DNA of 64,000 nucleotides from Dipteris shenzhenensis (taxonomy: Eukaryota). The notes beneath the pieces are model-generated. The model had not been told where the DNA came from and ran no database searches. It saw only the letters and a list, made by a program, of their open reading frames with translations. Positions 27,731-40,565 of this stretch are shown in pieces (within the stretch, counting starts at the first letter, position 1; every line of letters begins with the position of its first letter). Made by a program: the position numbers and the translations under genes. The DNA is taken from NCBI GenBank assembly GCA_047967505.1, contig CM106538.1. One strand, 5' to 3'.

Positions 27731-28498
27731 GTAAATTTTAACAAGCAATGATTAGAGCTTAAGTCTAGATGATTGGGCTATTTTTTAAAATTCTAAAATC
27801 CCACTATGACATTTGGGCGAATAATTTCAAAATCAAATGTTGAAGTGTAGCTTCTGGGCGAATAATTTTGAAGTCAATTTTCCAAATGTATACTATAAAA
27901 ATTTATCTCATTACTTAAGGAGTCTACATTAATTTTTACAAAGTGATAGATACGTTCATGTACCCAAACATAATTGTGTGATTCTATAATTCATTTGCAA
28001 CTTTTGTGAACTCTCTCTCTCTCTCTCTCTCTCTCAAATTTTATATAGACAACACCCAAGGTGCCATCTTGTTGAATGCATGTTTCTAGTTATGCAATGC
28101 ACATGACTAAAAAAATTCTCAATATTCAAACATCTGATCATTGATGTGTTTGCTACCTTCCTAGAAACCAATTTTTGATTATCTTAGCACTTATTTCTCT
28201 ACCCATAACAATGATTATGACACATAAATTTATTCAAAAAGAGGCTATGCCCCTTAGATTGTTGACTCAATTGCACCTTTTCCATTTTTATGTTTAAAAT
28301 TGCCTCTTTGTTGCATGTTGTCATTTTTACATACCACTTAATTAGTGCAAGCCATGAATCATCATACATCAATAAGAAAAACTTTCACCTTCAGCTTGGA
28401 TCTTGTACAAATTTTAAATCGAAAACTTGTGAAGCACTTCCTAGCACATGTACAAAGTACATATATCAACTAAAGAACTGCTAACAAGATTTTCATAC

Positions 28499-28623
28499 AA
28501 TCCTTCCTTTGCTTTTGGAAATGGGTATCTTAGCTCGTCATGGTACTTTTGTAGTAGATCAATCCTTCCTTTGCTTTTGGAAATGGGTATCCAAGCTCAT
28601 CATGGTACCTTTGTAGTAGATCA
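28499..28623 (+). repeat. ~62 bp tandem duplication
   Basis: AATCCTTCCTTTGCTTTTGGAAATGGGTATC...TTTGTAGTAGATC occurs twice. Confidence 0.85.
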
Positions 28624-30913
28624 AAGTAAGTGTCCCTGCAACAAAAGAAAGACATCTTTGACATCAGTTCACCTTCCCACAATGAAAAGGGACAATTGGG
28701 GTATAAAACCATGTACTCATTCAACTAATTATTGTTCTTGTTATGATAACATATGTGAGGAAGCCCTAAAATGACAAGGAGAAAGACATGGGGGAAAGAC
28801 AATGAAGCATCATGCCTATTATTCATGTCCAACTCTGCTTTGTCGCAATTCAAATTTACACTCTAGCCAATACCATTGCTCATAGTGCCTTTCTCACACC
28901 ACCGCATGGCTTAAAGCAGTGCACTTGATTATGTTTCCCTTCTACAATACACATCATGATATACAAAAAATAGTCATACTTGCTGCAAATTCTGCAAAAT
29001 TTACCAAAAAATGAAATGGTTCATAAAGCATCATGCAACCTTGCATATTGTCATAATGGGAGTGACACATACGAGAAGTATATACCAGATTTGAGTCGCG
29101 GATCTTACACATGGGGAGAAAAATAGTGTCTGCTTCCATTGGGCATATTTGGACCTCTCACAACTGCTGTGTCATGTTGTTCCAACTCCCGATTTCAAAT
29201 TTCATTGTTCAATGTTTGCCTCCTTCAAGACTACCTTCCCACATGGAGCTTATGTTGATATGTCCCCCAAGACTGCGACTTCTACTACATCATCAGGGGT
29301 AATGTCGAGGACAATTGAAAAGTGGATGCTGCAAGTCCTAGTTCAAGAAAAACCACACAACCAATATGTCAAACAAATAAGAACAACATGAGGCCTAGCT
29401 AATTAATCTGAATAGATCCATCTCATGACTACCTGTCACGTGCACTGATGACACACTGGTAGCTGAGCCCAGGTTTCACCTCCAAAGGGTGTTCCTAGAT
29501 GGTTAACCATGAAGGGATCTGGGAAAATTGGTATTTTACTCCCTTCTAGGAAGGGTGCTAGAAGGGAGTTCCTAGGCAGCCTCCATGTAGCAAAGTGTTG
29601 GCAGACTACTCCCTTCCCTTCTACACTACACATCATGATACGCATAGCAACTAGTTATAGTCACATAAAAATTTACATGATATTAATCAAACAACAAATG
29701 AGACCTTACACAATAGCATAATAGATTATGATTCATCATGATGAGAAGAAAGAAGAGAATGATGTGTAGAGAGGCAATGAAGAATCATACCTGCAATTCA
29801 TGTTCAGTTCTGCTTTATTGCAATTTGGACATATACTCCATCCAACACCATTGCTCATGGCCATTTATCATAGCCGTGTATCCAATACACGATTTTATGC
29901 TCTTGTCCAAAGCAGTCCCTTTTAAACTACAAATCAGGGAACACATAGCAAATACCTATAATTGTAGCAAGTTCTTCATAGCATTAATTGTGAGAAACCC
30001 AAACAACAATAGCACAATGCATCATCATTTATTCCACATTGACATTTGAATTACAAAATTACCTTGAGGGTACACCACCCAAAAGTTTTGTGCAATATCC
30101 AGCAACTGTAGATCTCAGCTCCTACAACATATAGTACTTGCCTATATTTTAAAAAGATAAGATCAACATTTTTATTTTGCATGTAATATCCATCAAAAGC
30201 TCTTACAACCATTTCCTTGAGAGTAAAAAACATAAAGATTTGTCCAAAATAAGTGCAAACATGAACTCCTAGAAAATATAGTAATTGAATTTATTTCAAC
30301 TAATACTACTACTAGCTTTTGTAATACTAAACGTATTTGTGTTAGTCTTATACTAACTATAGGCCCATATTAACACTAAGTCTATTCAACTTGTACTGAT
30401 TAGATACTAATTCAAACTAATTGTATCTAATACTAACATTTAAACTGCTAACTATATTTGATATAAAAAAATAAATTGTTCTTACTTGTTCCTAACTATT
30501 ATGAATTGTTCTAGTTTTGGACTACTGTTCCTAACTATTCTAAATTGTTCCAAACTAAGTGTTCTGGACTGTTCTAAACTAATACTAATAGTGTTAGATA
30601 CTGTCAATGCTAGATATTTGGTGTTAGTCTTATACTTATACTAACCTAACTATTACTAATTCTGAATTTCTGATAAATCTCTCTTGCATAGCTTGATAGA
30701 TATAACTCCCTCTTTACTAAGGTCTACCCATATGAATTTGAAAATGAGAATAATAAAGCTTACCAGTTAAAATAAGTAGCTCATGCAATATTTAGGAGTT
30801 AAACCAAAAATATTGCAAAAAACAGGAAGTGGAGATCACCTTGCAAAACAATAGAATAAAGTAAGAGACTGTACCACAAGCAATGAAATCAAAGAGGGAG
30901 ACCATCAGCAACC

Positions 30914-33900
30914 CTAAACCTTGAAAAGCATAAAAACAAGATAAGAGAGTGTGCCAATAAGAGAAGAAACAAGCAAGTGAAACTTGCCAGAAAATTTGTC
31001 ACAAATTTGGAAGCTTTGGACATGCTCAAATGCTCTTTCATCTTGTAATGCATTCTTGTTAATAGTCCTTCTATGACAATTTGAGTCCCATAAAGCATAC
31101 GCCTCCTCAAATGGAAATGTGCTAAGGTCATGTTTGGTAGTATACAATCTCAAACATGTATCCAAATTCTTTTCAAGTCTATTTCGCAAGTTGTTCTTTA
31201 TGAAGGACAAGCTACTAAACACCCGCTCATCTTCCACTGAACCAAGAATCATTGTTTGGCATAGATCAACAAGCTTGAAGTACTCAGACATTCTCTCCTT
31301 TAGATATAAGTTTGTCTCTAATTTCCTCCACAATCTAGTCATGGATCCAGGCTTTGATGGTTCTTCTAGCTTGCTATATTGCTCCCACATAGTCTGCCCA
31401 AAGATGCCTGACTGATTTATGAGCTCTTTGGGATAGATTAATGCATTCACTCTATTGTCATTCAGCTCCACACTTTGACCAAATTGATTTGAAATGACTT
31501 GAACTTTGTTAGTGAAGTCAATCATCAATACTCTTTTGTCTTTTTCATTGTTCCAATACATGGGGTGAACAATTGCAAATGATTCAAGGAGTTCATCTTT
31601 AGGAAACCGTTGTTGGATCTCATCAACTAGAGTGGCACACACAGAAATAAGCTCTTTCCTAACAAAGCTTATGAGTTGTGGAAAAGTTGACTGTTTGACT
31701 TTTCGATGCTTTTCAACTCCCTTCACCTTTCTCATGAGATGAAGTTCTATCAATTTTCCTTTTGACTCCATGCACAAACATCCTTTTTGATTATAGCATA
31801 AAAAGCTATTCTCATTCTCAATATCCAAACTAGTATTCCATTCCTCAAACCCTTTGCTTGAGAAGCTTGAGCTTTCTCCATAGAGGGTAATTAATTGCAA
31901 GCATGCGAGCTTTCGTGCTACAGTATACTCCATAATGTAACAGTCCCGTGCTTGTGCTGTTTTTATTAGATGATTCATCTCTCATAACATTGGAAGTAAT
32001 CCACCAAGATATAAAAATGTTTCTGCATCACTAAGGAGATTTAACAGCCTTATGGCCTTTTCTCGCCCCTTTCCCTTCTTTAGAGCAAGTGCATGCACAG
32101 TCCCAATGATTGATTTATATTCTTCATATAGGCGTTGAACTGGACCAATGAGTGAAATGCACCTGGTATCAACTTGCTTCAAGAGCTTCTTACCTTGGCT
32201 AACTCCTTTTGCAAACACCTTAAACTGATTGAATCTTTTAGGACTCCTTGAAAAAAAAGCATATGCTTTTCTCACCAAATCCTCTATCTTCTGCACACAA
32301 TCAAAACTTTGGAGAATCTTATAAGCCAAGTTTGTACGGTGAGCCATACAATGTATGCCAACCATGTAAGGAGCATAGAGCCTCTTCAATTGGACACAAA
32401 ATCCAGCTTGAATCCCATGCATTACCGAACATCCATCAACACCCACACATATAATATTTTGAGACAAATCTCTCAAGCTCATCCCACCATTTGTTGTCAT
32501 GCTTTCAATTAGCAACCTCAATATAGCATTTAAAGTCGCACTACATTCCACTATCCTTATCTACACTAGTTCGTGGCTCAGTTAGTATGACACCTTAGTT
32601 AGTTGAGTTTGGTTTGAGACCCACATATAGGGTTCTTCTATTTCTTTGTACTTGAGTTCTTTTGGCTTACACAACTAAGAAGAGGAAAACTGTTTTCAGC
32701 CTCCACCTTTGTGTGTATTCCCCCATTGTGATTGTGAGAAAGCCTCAAGTGAGACTCCTTCCCTCTCTCCCACTATCTTCACATGGTATTAGAGCCTTGT
32801 TCGTGGTAAGGAGCTGAAGAAAGCAAACCAAGTTCGCAGTGTCCTGGTAAGAGGACAAGTGTTGCTTTCCTTTTTCGAGTTTGGGAGCAAATCTCTGCAG
32901 GTAGCACAGCTGGAAGTGCAAGAGTGCGCCCTTCGCTGTGTGGTGAGAGGGCATTATATGCTGCGGGTGAAGGCGAAGCCCTCGGTGACTTTATTTTTTT
33001 GATTCGAGGTCATTTCGGGGCCCGTTTTGGAGGCGGAAGTTCTCCGCAGGTACTCAGAAAAAGGCCCTGTTTTTGCTGTGCGGCCACTGTTCTGCAGGTC
33101 AGTGAAAAGTTGCCGCAGAAATTGCATCGTATGCCTGTGCGCAGAGACATTGGGAGTTGCATATTCATGCTTGTTGCCTGTTGATGCAAAATCGTCACTA
33201 GGAAGTGACCGTGTGGTGAAATACCACTTTCGTCAGTTTTGCAGATCTACCCGTGTGAGGCAAAAGCTGTGTTTTTGCAGTGATAGAATATTTTGCAGTG
33301 TTCTGTAATGGCATCTGATTCTCTTTCACAGATTGTCGCTGAAAAGCTTGACAAGAACAACTTACAAGCATGGAAGTTTAGAATGATGAATTTCCTTATG
33401 GGAAAAGGCTACTGGGAGTTCATTACAGGAAATGAAGAAGAACCAGTTCTTCCTAATGTTCCCAATCAACAGGAAATGCAAGCATTTAAAGGATGGCGTG
33501 AGAGAGCCAGAAAAGTTATGTACTGGCTGTCTATCAGTATTTCGGACTCCATGATTGTGCATATTCAGGATGCAAGTACGCCAAAGGAGGCATGGGATAC
33601 TTTGGCAAAAATGTACAGCACAAATATGCAAGCCAGGAAAATGCAGGCTCAAGCAGGAGCTGCACAATGTGCAGAGAGAAAATATGAGCATCAATGACTA
33701 CCACATGAAGGTGAAGAAACTTGCGGATGCACTTGCTTCCATTGGGTCACCAGTGGATGATGACGATTTAGTTTCTGTGACCTTGAATGGTCTAGGAAAG
33801 GATTATGCACAATTCTGGACATCCATTGCCATCCGTGAAAAATTTCCTGATTTTGAGGAGTTGATTGCTCTTCTAATTTCTGAAGAGCAGAGAAATGGTG

Positions 33901-36900
33901 GTGCATCTTCTTCAAGAGGAACCTCAAAAGAAACTGTCTTCTACTCAAATGCTGGAAGGGGTAGAGGCAGAGGTAGAGGAGGCCGATCTGGAGGCCGTGG
34001 TAGAAATCAGAATATGCAGCAAACTCAAGAAAACCAGTCCTATGCAGGAGGACGTGGTAACTCTAGAGGCAGGGGGAGCCAAAGAGGCCGTGGTGGATGG
34101 CAGAGAGGCCAAAATGCAAACAGCAATGTTGAATGCTACTATTGTGGTAAAATGGGGCATATGGCTAAAGACTGCTACAAAAAGCAGAATGACATTATGA
34201 ATGGAAAATTGCAGCAAGGCAATTATGCATCCTGTAGTAGACAGGGTGATGACAGAAATGAACATTTGTTTATGGTACAGCATATGACAAATTTTGTGAC
34301 AAGTGCAGAAGAAAGCAATGATGTGTGGTATGTTGACTCAGGTGCATCAAACCACATGACAGGTCATGCTGAATGGATGCAGGATGCAAGGAAAATGGAA
34401 AAACTAGGATTTGTGGAGACTGGTGATGATACTGCACATCCTACTGTGCAGATTGGCAAAATTCCTTTGTCCATGCAGGATGGGAAAAAGAAATACTTGT
34501 CTGATGTATTTCATGTCCCGAACATCACCAAGAACCTGGTTTCTGTTGGTCAAATGGTTGAGTAGGGCTTGCAGGTCAGATTCAATCCTCATGGATGTTT
34601 TGTTGAGGATATGAAAAATAATGGTCACTTGATAGCAAAAGGAAAGAAGAAAGGCAGGATGTTTACGTTGGATGCGGACATGCCTGAATTGAGTGCAGCA
34701 ATGTTTGCACATGGGACCGGTGTAGTTGCAGATATTGATATCTGGCACAAACGCATTGGTCATGTTAATATACAGCGACTTAAATCAATGCAAGCCCAAA
34801 ATATTGTTGCAGGATTGCCTTGAAGGTTGCAGAAATGCACAAGGTTTGTGAAGCCTGTCAATTTGGGAAACAGGCAAGGAAACCTTTTCCTAGGCATGTT
34901 CAAGAGAGTAAAAAGCCATTGGAATTAATCCACTCTGATGTGTGGACTACTAAAGCTGCATCTATTGGTGGCTGTCACTATTTTGTCACATTTATTGATG
35001 ACTTCAGCAGAAAACTTTGGGTGTATTTTATGAAAAAGAAAAGTGAAGTGTTTGGGCACTTCAAAGCTTTCAAAGCTATGGTTGAAAAAGAAACAGGCCT
35101 GCAAATAAAATGCCTAAGGTCAGATGGAGGGGGAGAGTACCTCTCAAATGAGTTTGCAAGGTTCTTGCAGGAGCATGGTATAAAGCAGCAATATTCATGC
35201 AGTCATACCCAACAGCAAAATGGAATTGCAGAAAGGAAAAACAGGCATATTGGAGAGGTATCTCGGGCTATGCTAAATGAAAAAGATCTACCAGATTATT
35301 ATTGGGCTGAAGCAGTTGCTACAGCAGTTTATATAATGAATAGGACTCCCACTGCAGCAATACATGGCATGACGCCAGAGGAGATGTATACTGGTAGGAA
35401 ACCAGATATTTCTCATTTGAAGATTTTTGGTTGCATTGCCTATGTCCATGTGCCAGATGAGTTGAGGTCCAAGTTGGATCCAAAAGCTGAGAAGTGCGTC
35501 TTTATTGGCTATTCTCTGCAGCAGAAAGGGTATAGATGCTATAACCCCTCTACTCGTAAGTTTACAGTGAGCAGAGATGTTGTTTTTGATGAGATGAGCA
35601 GCTGGTGTAAACCAGTAAATGTGATGATTGATGTAGATGCACAAAATGGTAATGCTGCACAGAATTCACAGCAGTAATCACAAAATATCAGTGGACCTGC
35701 AGTGTCCTCTAGTAGTGGTTCACATACCTCACCATGGACAGGTAGATTGAGATCAGAAGAATCTCCTCAAAGCAATGCAGATAGTGGTACGCAGGCATCA
35801 CGAAAAGAAAAAGAGAAGGTAGATCAGCCCATGTTTGATGTGAATGCAGGTCACTCTTATGTGGATGGTGAATCGAGTGGCTCAGAGCAGAGCATTGATG
35901 ATGAGTTGGGTATTCCTTCTGTTGTTACACCTGGAGTAAGGAAGACCAGGGATGTTTTGAGAGCACCTGGAAGTGAGCCTATTTTGCGCAGGTCTACTAG
36001 GGTTAGGTATCCTGTGGATAGGCTAAAATATGATGGATTTACAGCCATTCACTATGCCTATATGGTCAAAGTGATACAGGAACCAGAACCCACTTCTTTT
36101 GAGCAAGCCATGGGAAATGAAAAATGGGAGAAAGCCATGGATGAAGAAATGGATGCCTTGGATGCAAATACTATATGGGAATTGGTGCCTTTGCCTAAAG
36201 ACAAGAATACAATTGGCTATAAGTGGGTTTATAAGATCAAGCACAATGCAGATGGTTCTGTGAATAGATACAAGGCAAGATTAGTTGTCAAGGGGTATGC
36301 ACAGACATATGGCATTGATTATGAAGAAACTTTCAACCCGGTTGCAAGGATGGCAACCGTAAGAGCAGCCATTGCTATGGCTGCATCAAAGGGATGGTCT
36401 TTTCATCAGATGGATGTAAAGAATGCCTTCTTGAATGGTGATTTGCAAGAAGAGGTATTTATGGAGCAGCCAGCAGGTTATGTTCATGGTATTCATCCTG
36501 AGTTTGTTTGCAGGTTGAAGAAAGCCTTGTATGGCTTGAAGCAAGCACCTAGAGCATGGTGTGACAAGATAGGACAGTATCTTGTCACTATTGGCTTTCA
36601 GATTTCCAAGGCAGATTTCTCACTCTATGTGAGAAAAACAGAGAAAGGGATTATGCTGCTTGTCATTTATGTTGATGATTTGATCATCACAGGTGATAGT
36701 GATGAAGATATCCTTCATGTGAAAATGCTATTGAGGCAGAAGTTTGAGATGAAGGATTTGGGAGAGCTGCGTTATTTCTTGGGCATCGAGGTGATTAGAT
36801 CACCAAGTGGGATACAGCTCTTGCAGAGGTAGTATGGACTGGACATGCTGTCCAAATATGGGATGACAGGCTGTAAGCCTAATTCAGTTCCATTGGAGCA

Positions 36901-38867
36901 GAATGTGAAGCTGAGCGCAGATGCAGGTGAGCTTCTGGAAGACCCTACTATGTACGGACGCATAGTAGGAAGTTTGATTTACATGACTATTACCAGGCCA
37001 GATTTGAGCTATGCTGTTGGGTTGGTAAGTCAGTTTATGCAGGCTCCAAGGAAACCGCATTTGGATGCGGCTAGACGCATACTCAGGTATGTGAAGTCCA
37101 CATTGCAGTATGGACTATTTTATGAGGCTCGGGTTCAGATACAGTTGCATGGATACACTGATGCTGATTGGGCTGGTTTTTCTAATAGACGATCTACCGG
37201 TGGATATGTGTTCTCTTTTGGGAGTGCTGCAGTCACTTGGAGCAGCAAGAAATAGCCTACAGTTGCCTTGTCGAGCACAGAGGCTGAGTACAGGGGTGCA
37301 ACAATGGCTGCATGTGAGGTAGCTTGGTTGCATAAGCTACTCTATGATATGCATCAGTCTACAGATGGGCCAGTTGTCATTTATTGTGACAACATGAGCA
37401 GTATACACTTGGCAAAGAACCCAGTCTTTCATGCTAGAATAAAGCACATTGAGGTGCATTATCACTATGTGTAGGAGAAAGTGTTACTAGGTCTTATTGA
37501 TCTAGTTTATGTTAGCACAGAGGATCAGGTAGCTGACATCTTCACAAAAGCATTGGGCGCAGAGAAGCTGCGCAAGTTCAGAGACCTGCTTGGTGTGCAG
37601 GAATTGGGATTGAGCTCGAGGGGGAGTGTTGAGATATCGAGCTCCACTCGCGATATGCCAGGGTGACCGTTGTGCATTTATGTCACCGACTTGTTAGCTA
37701 CAGATGCGGTTGGTACACCGCCCATGAATAATAGCCGGATGACAGCTATCCTTATCTACACTAGTTCGTGGCTTAGTTAGTATGCCACCTTAGTTAGTTG
37801 AGTTTGGTTTGAGACCCACATATAGGGTTCTTTTATTTCTTTGTACTTGAGTTCTTTTGGCTTACACAACTAAGAAGAGGAAAATTGTTTTTAGCCTCCA
37901 CCTTTGTGTGTATTCCCCCATTATGATTGTGAGAAAGCCTCAAGTGAGACTCCTTCCCTCTCTCCCACTATCTTCACAAGCGTCCCTTGACCACTTCTGC
38001 CATGTAGTAGGCAAACTCCCAACCTGCAGTTTCACTCCAATGGTTTGTTGGAAAATGTGGAACACGAAGTCCAATGAAGCTCAATGGGCTCTCCCACTTT
38101 GAATATTCTGACATGGGCTTCCCTATGGAGAGAATGTGCAATACAATGGCAAATTGTGCAAGCGTGGATTGGCAATCCTTCAAGACCCTTTTCTCATACA
38201 AGTGTTGAATGGTTGCTCCAGCCTTTCTATCCTCTTTAAACTGCAATAAGTGAGCTTCATATTCAGCCATGTTTTGTTTATGCCTGCATTCACCACTACT
38301 CTTCCAACGAGCAACAATTTTTGTATTTCCATCAACCATCTCTTTCTCATAAACTTTTCCAAGGTGTTTCTCTATTGTGTCAAGCTTTAATTGCACCTTG
38401 ATTGATCGACCCAGCTTCCAACTACAAGCTATACAAGTAGCAAACTTTGATGACTCCTCATTTTCTGACTCCAAAGTTTGTATGATTGGATACTTTGAAA
38501 CCCAATCAGCTTGGAATGTCCTCTCGATATCCCATTGACCTCTCTTCCTCTTACTTTCCTTTCTAATTGACTCTCCTTCTCTTGGATTTGTTGGAGACGA
38601 GTGGTTGCTCCTTGCAATTGACTGTGTTGCATCCACTCCTACACTTTGGACATCTTGTGACGGTGTTGATGGAACAACTTTAGTTGATTTCAATGAGTGT
38701 AACATTTCATTGCTACCAAGGCTTTCCTTAGATAAACAATCTGGACCATGATCAGCTTGCTCAAGTCTTGTTGACTTACTTGAACCCATTGAGGATTCTG
38801 CCATGCAATTAAAATATTGTGTTAAACATCTAGCACTTGTTCCAACACTCTTCTTTTTTGGAGCCAT
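30914..38867 (-). pseudogene. hAT-family transposase (ZNF862-like), split by a copia B insertion: 38867-37979 and 32550-30914
   Basis: N-terminal RTFQADWVSKYP...CIAC Zn-finger-like region; core DGCSVMHG...IHCMAHRTNLA; C-terminal dimerisation motif SVEDERVFSSLSFIKNNLRNRL. One internal stop near 31980. Confidence 0.85.
32551..37978 (+). mobile_element. Copia family B, near full length (5' LTR truncated 32551-32783, PBS 32784-32796, 3' LTR 37627-37978)
   Basis: gag-pol from ATG 33308 to 37666 with several stops and frameshifts; gag, protease, integrase, RT and RNase H motifs in copia order; PPT GAGGGGGAG. Confidence 0.95.
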
Positions 38868-39399
38868 ATGTACATGAAAATAAACCTGGAGCTGAAAATT
38901 CCCAATTACAAATTTACAATGATTAGAGCTCTCTCTCTCTCAGCTTTGAAGGTTCAAAACATTCTTTTAATGCATGCTTAGAACACATAGCTTGAATACA
39001 TAGAATGGTAGCCATTGACCTCCACACACAAGAAGACTGTAGCCTATTAAGAGCCAAAAAATGTGCACTTCTATGTTGGCAAAATGAGCACAAATCTGAC
39101 ATTGTTGTCCTTGCTGGTTGAGCACAAATGTGGCATGCTTTTTTACATGAACAATAGCTGAAAATGGTAGGTAGAATTTCAATGTGGCAATGCTCTTGGC
39201 TGAATATCTGGCACTAAATATGTGGCAATGTGGTTGGCTGGATTGATGCACAAGTCTTGTGAAAACTAAAAGGCCGCACTCCCTGTTTGAGTTCTCTGAC
39301 ATGAGATGGACACAAACTGATTGAAGAAACAAGCAATCATATATAGATGTTGTATCTCAGTTTTGTTACTGTACAAACTGTTAGTCAGCATATATATAT

Positions 39400-40370
39400 A
39401 TATATATAGATAGATACTAAATACTAGTTGAAAATGATGAGTACAAACTATTACCGTTCTAGTATTAAGTATTAGTATTTGAATTAGTTTTCAAACAATT
39501 AGCATTCAAACTAGTATTCAAAGTATTTGAACTACTATCTAGTATCTAGTATTAGTATTTGAACTAGTATAGTTAGAACATTAGCACTTGATAGTACTCA
39601 AAGTGTTAATATTCAAACTAGTAATTAGTAAGTAATGGACCGTCAATAATAGACCTAGTTGATCAGTGGTTAGTAATTAGAAAAGTGTTCAATTGACAAT
39701 AGTTGGAACATTAGTAGTCATTAGTAGTTACTAACACCTGTTAATACCCCAAGGACTGAACCAATCATGACACCCTGTGAAACTAGAGCCATCGATTTAT
39801 CCTTGACCTAAGTGGAAAGGCATGAGAAACCATAAACCTAGATTTATCTTGGAGCATGAACTAGGATAACGCTTGAGGGAAGGTATGTTGGAGCAAGCAT
39901 TATCCTTTGTATTGTTCATATGCTAGAGGTGTGTGTGATTAGGGAGAGATTCTCCTGAATTCTAGAACATGTTGACTTTTTGAAAGGCATCTGTTGCTTT
40001 GTATGGAATGGACATGTGCCTGGACATGTGAACACACCATGTGTACCCATGTGATTATCATGTGATGACTGACATGTGGACAAGACTGGAAGTCTATATA
40101 TGTAAAAATTTGTTCATGGAATGATAACTCAATTTCCCATCTTCTTGTCAATACGCTTCTACCATTCCAACCTCCTGGAATCCCCACCATGTTTATAGTT
40201 CCTTCAGTCATTAGTAGTTAGTAACTCAATGCTAACTCTACTAACTATTGATGCTCCTATCTAGTATCTACTATCTACTAGTAAATACTACTTACTAATT
40301 CTACTATAACTACAACTGTTGTAACAAGATACTACTAACCACTAGTAATAAAGATGCTAGATACTATTAG
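39400..40370. repeat. TAGT/ACTA-rich low-complexity tracts (also ~30300-30670 and ~47650-47890)
   Basis: Dense TAGTA/TACTA/CTAAC words without a strict period. A ~475 bp unrelated insert (39731-40205) is bounded by a 15 bp direct repeat AGTCATTAGTAGTTA. Confidence 0.6.
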
Positions 40371-40565
40371 TTGCCAGCGTGGGAGTCCCCTGGGCCCCGG
40401 CCTCCTTTGAGACGACGAGCGATGGGGGTGATGGAGGAGGGGGGGACATAGGAGGAGGGGAGGGAGGAGGCAGCAGAGGAGAGGAGGATGATGAGGGGGG
40501 GGTTTTCTGCTGTGGCATCTGGCTGACCTTCTCCTTCCCCTTTCCAAATTGCCACTGCCTGCTAC

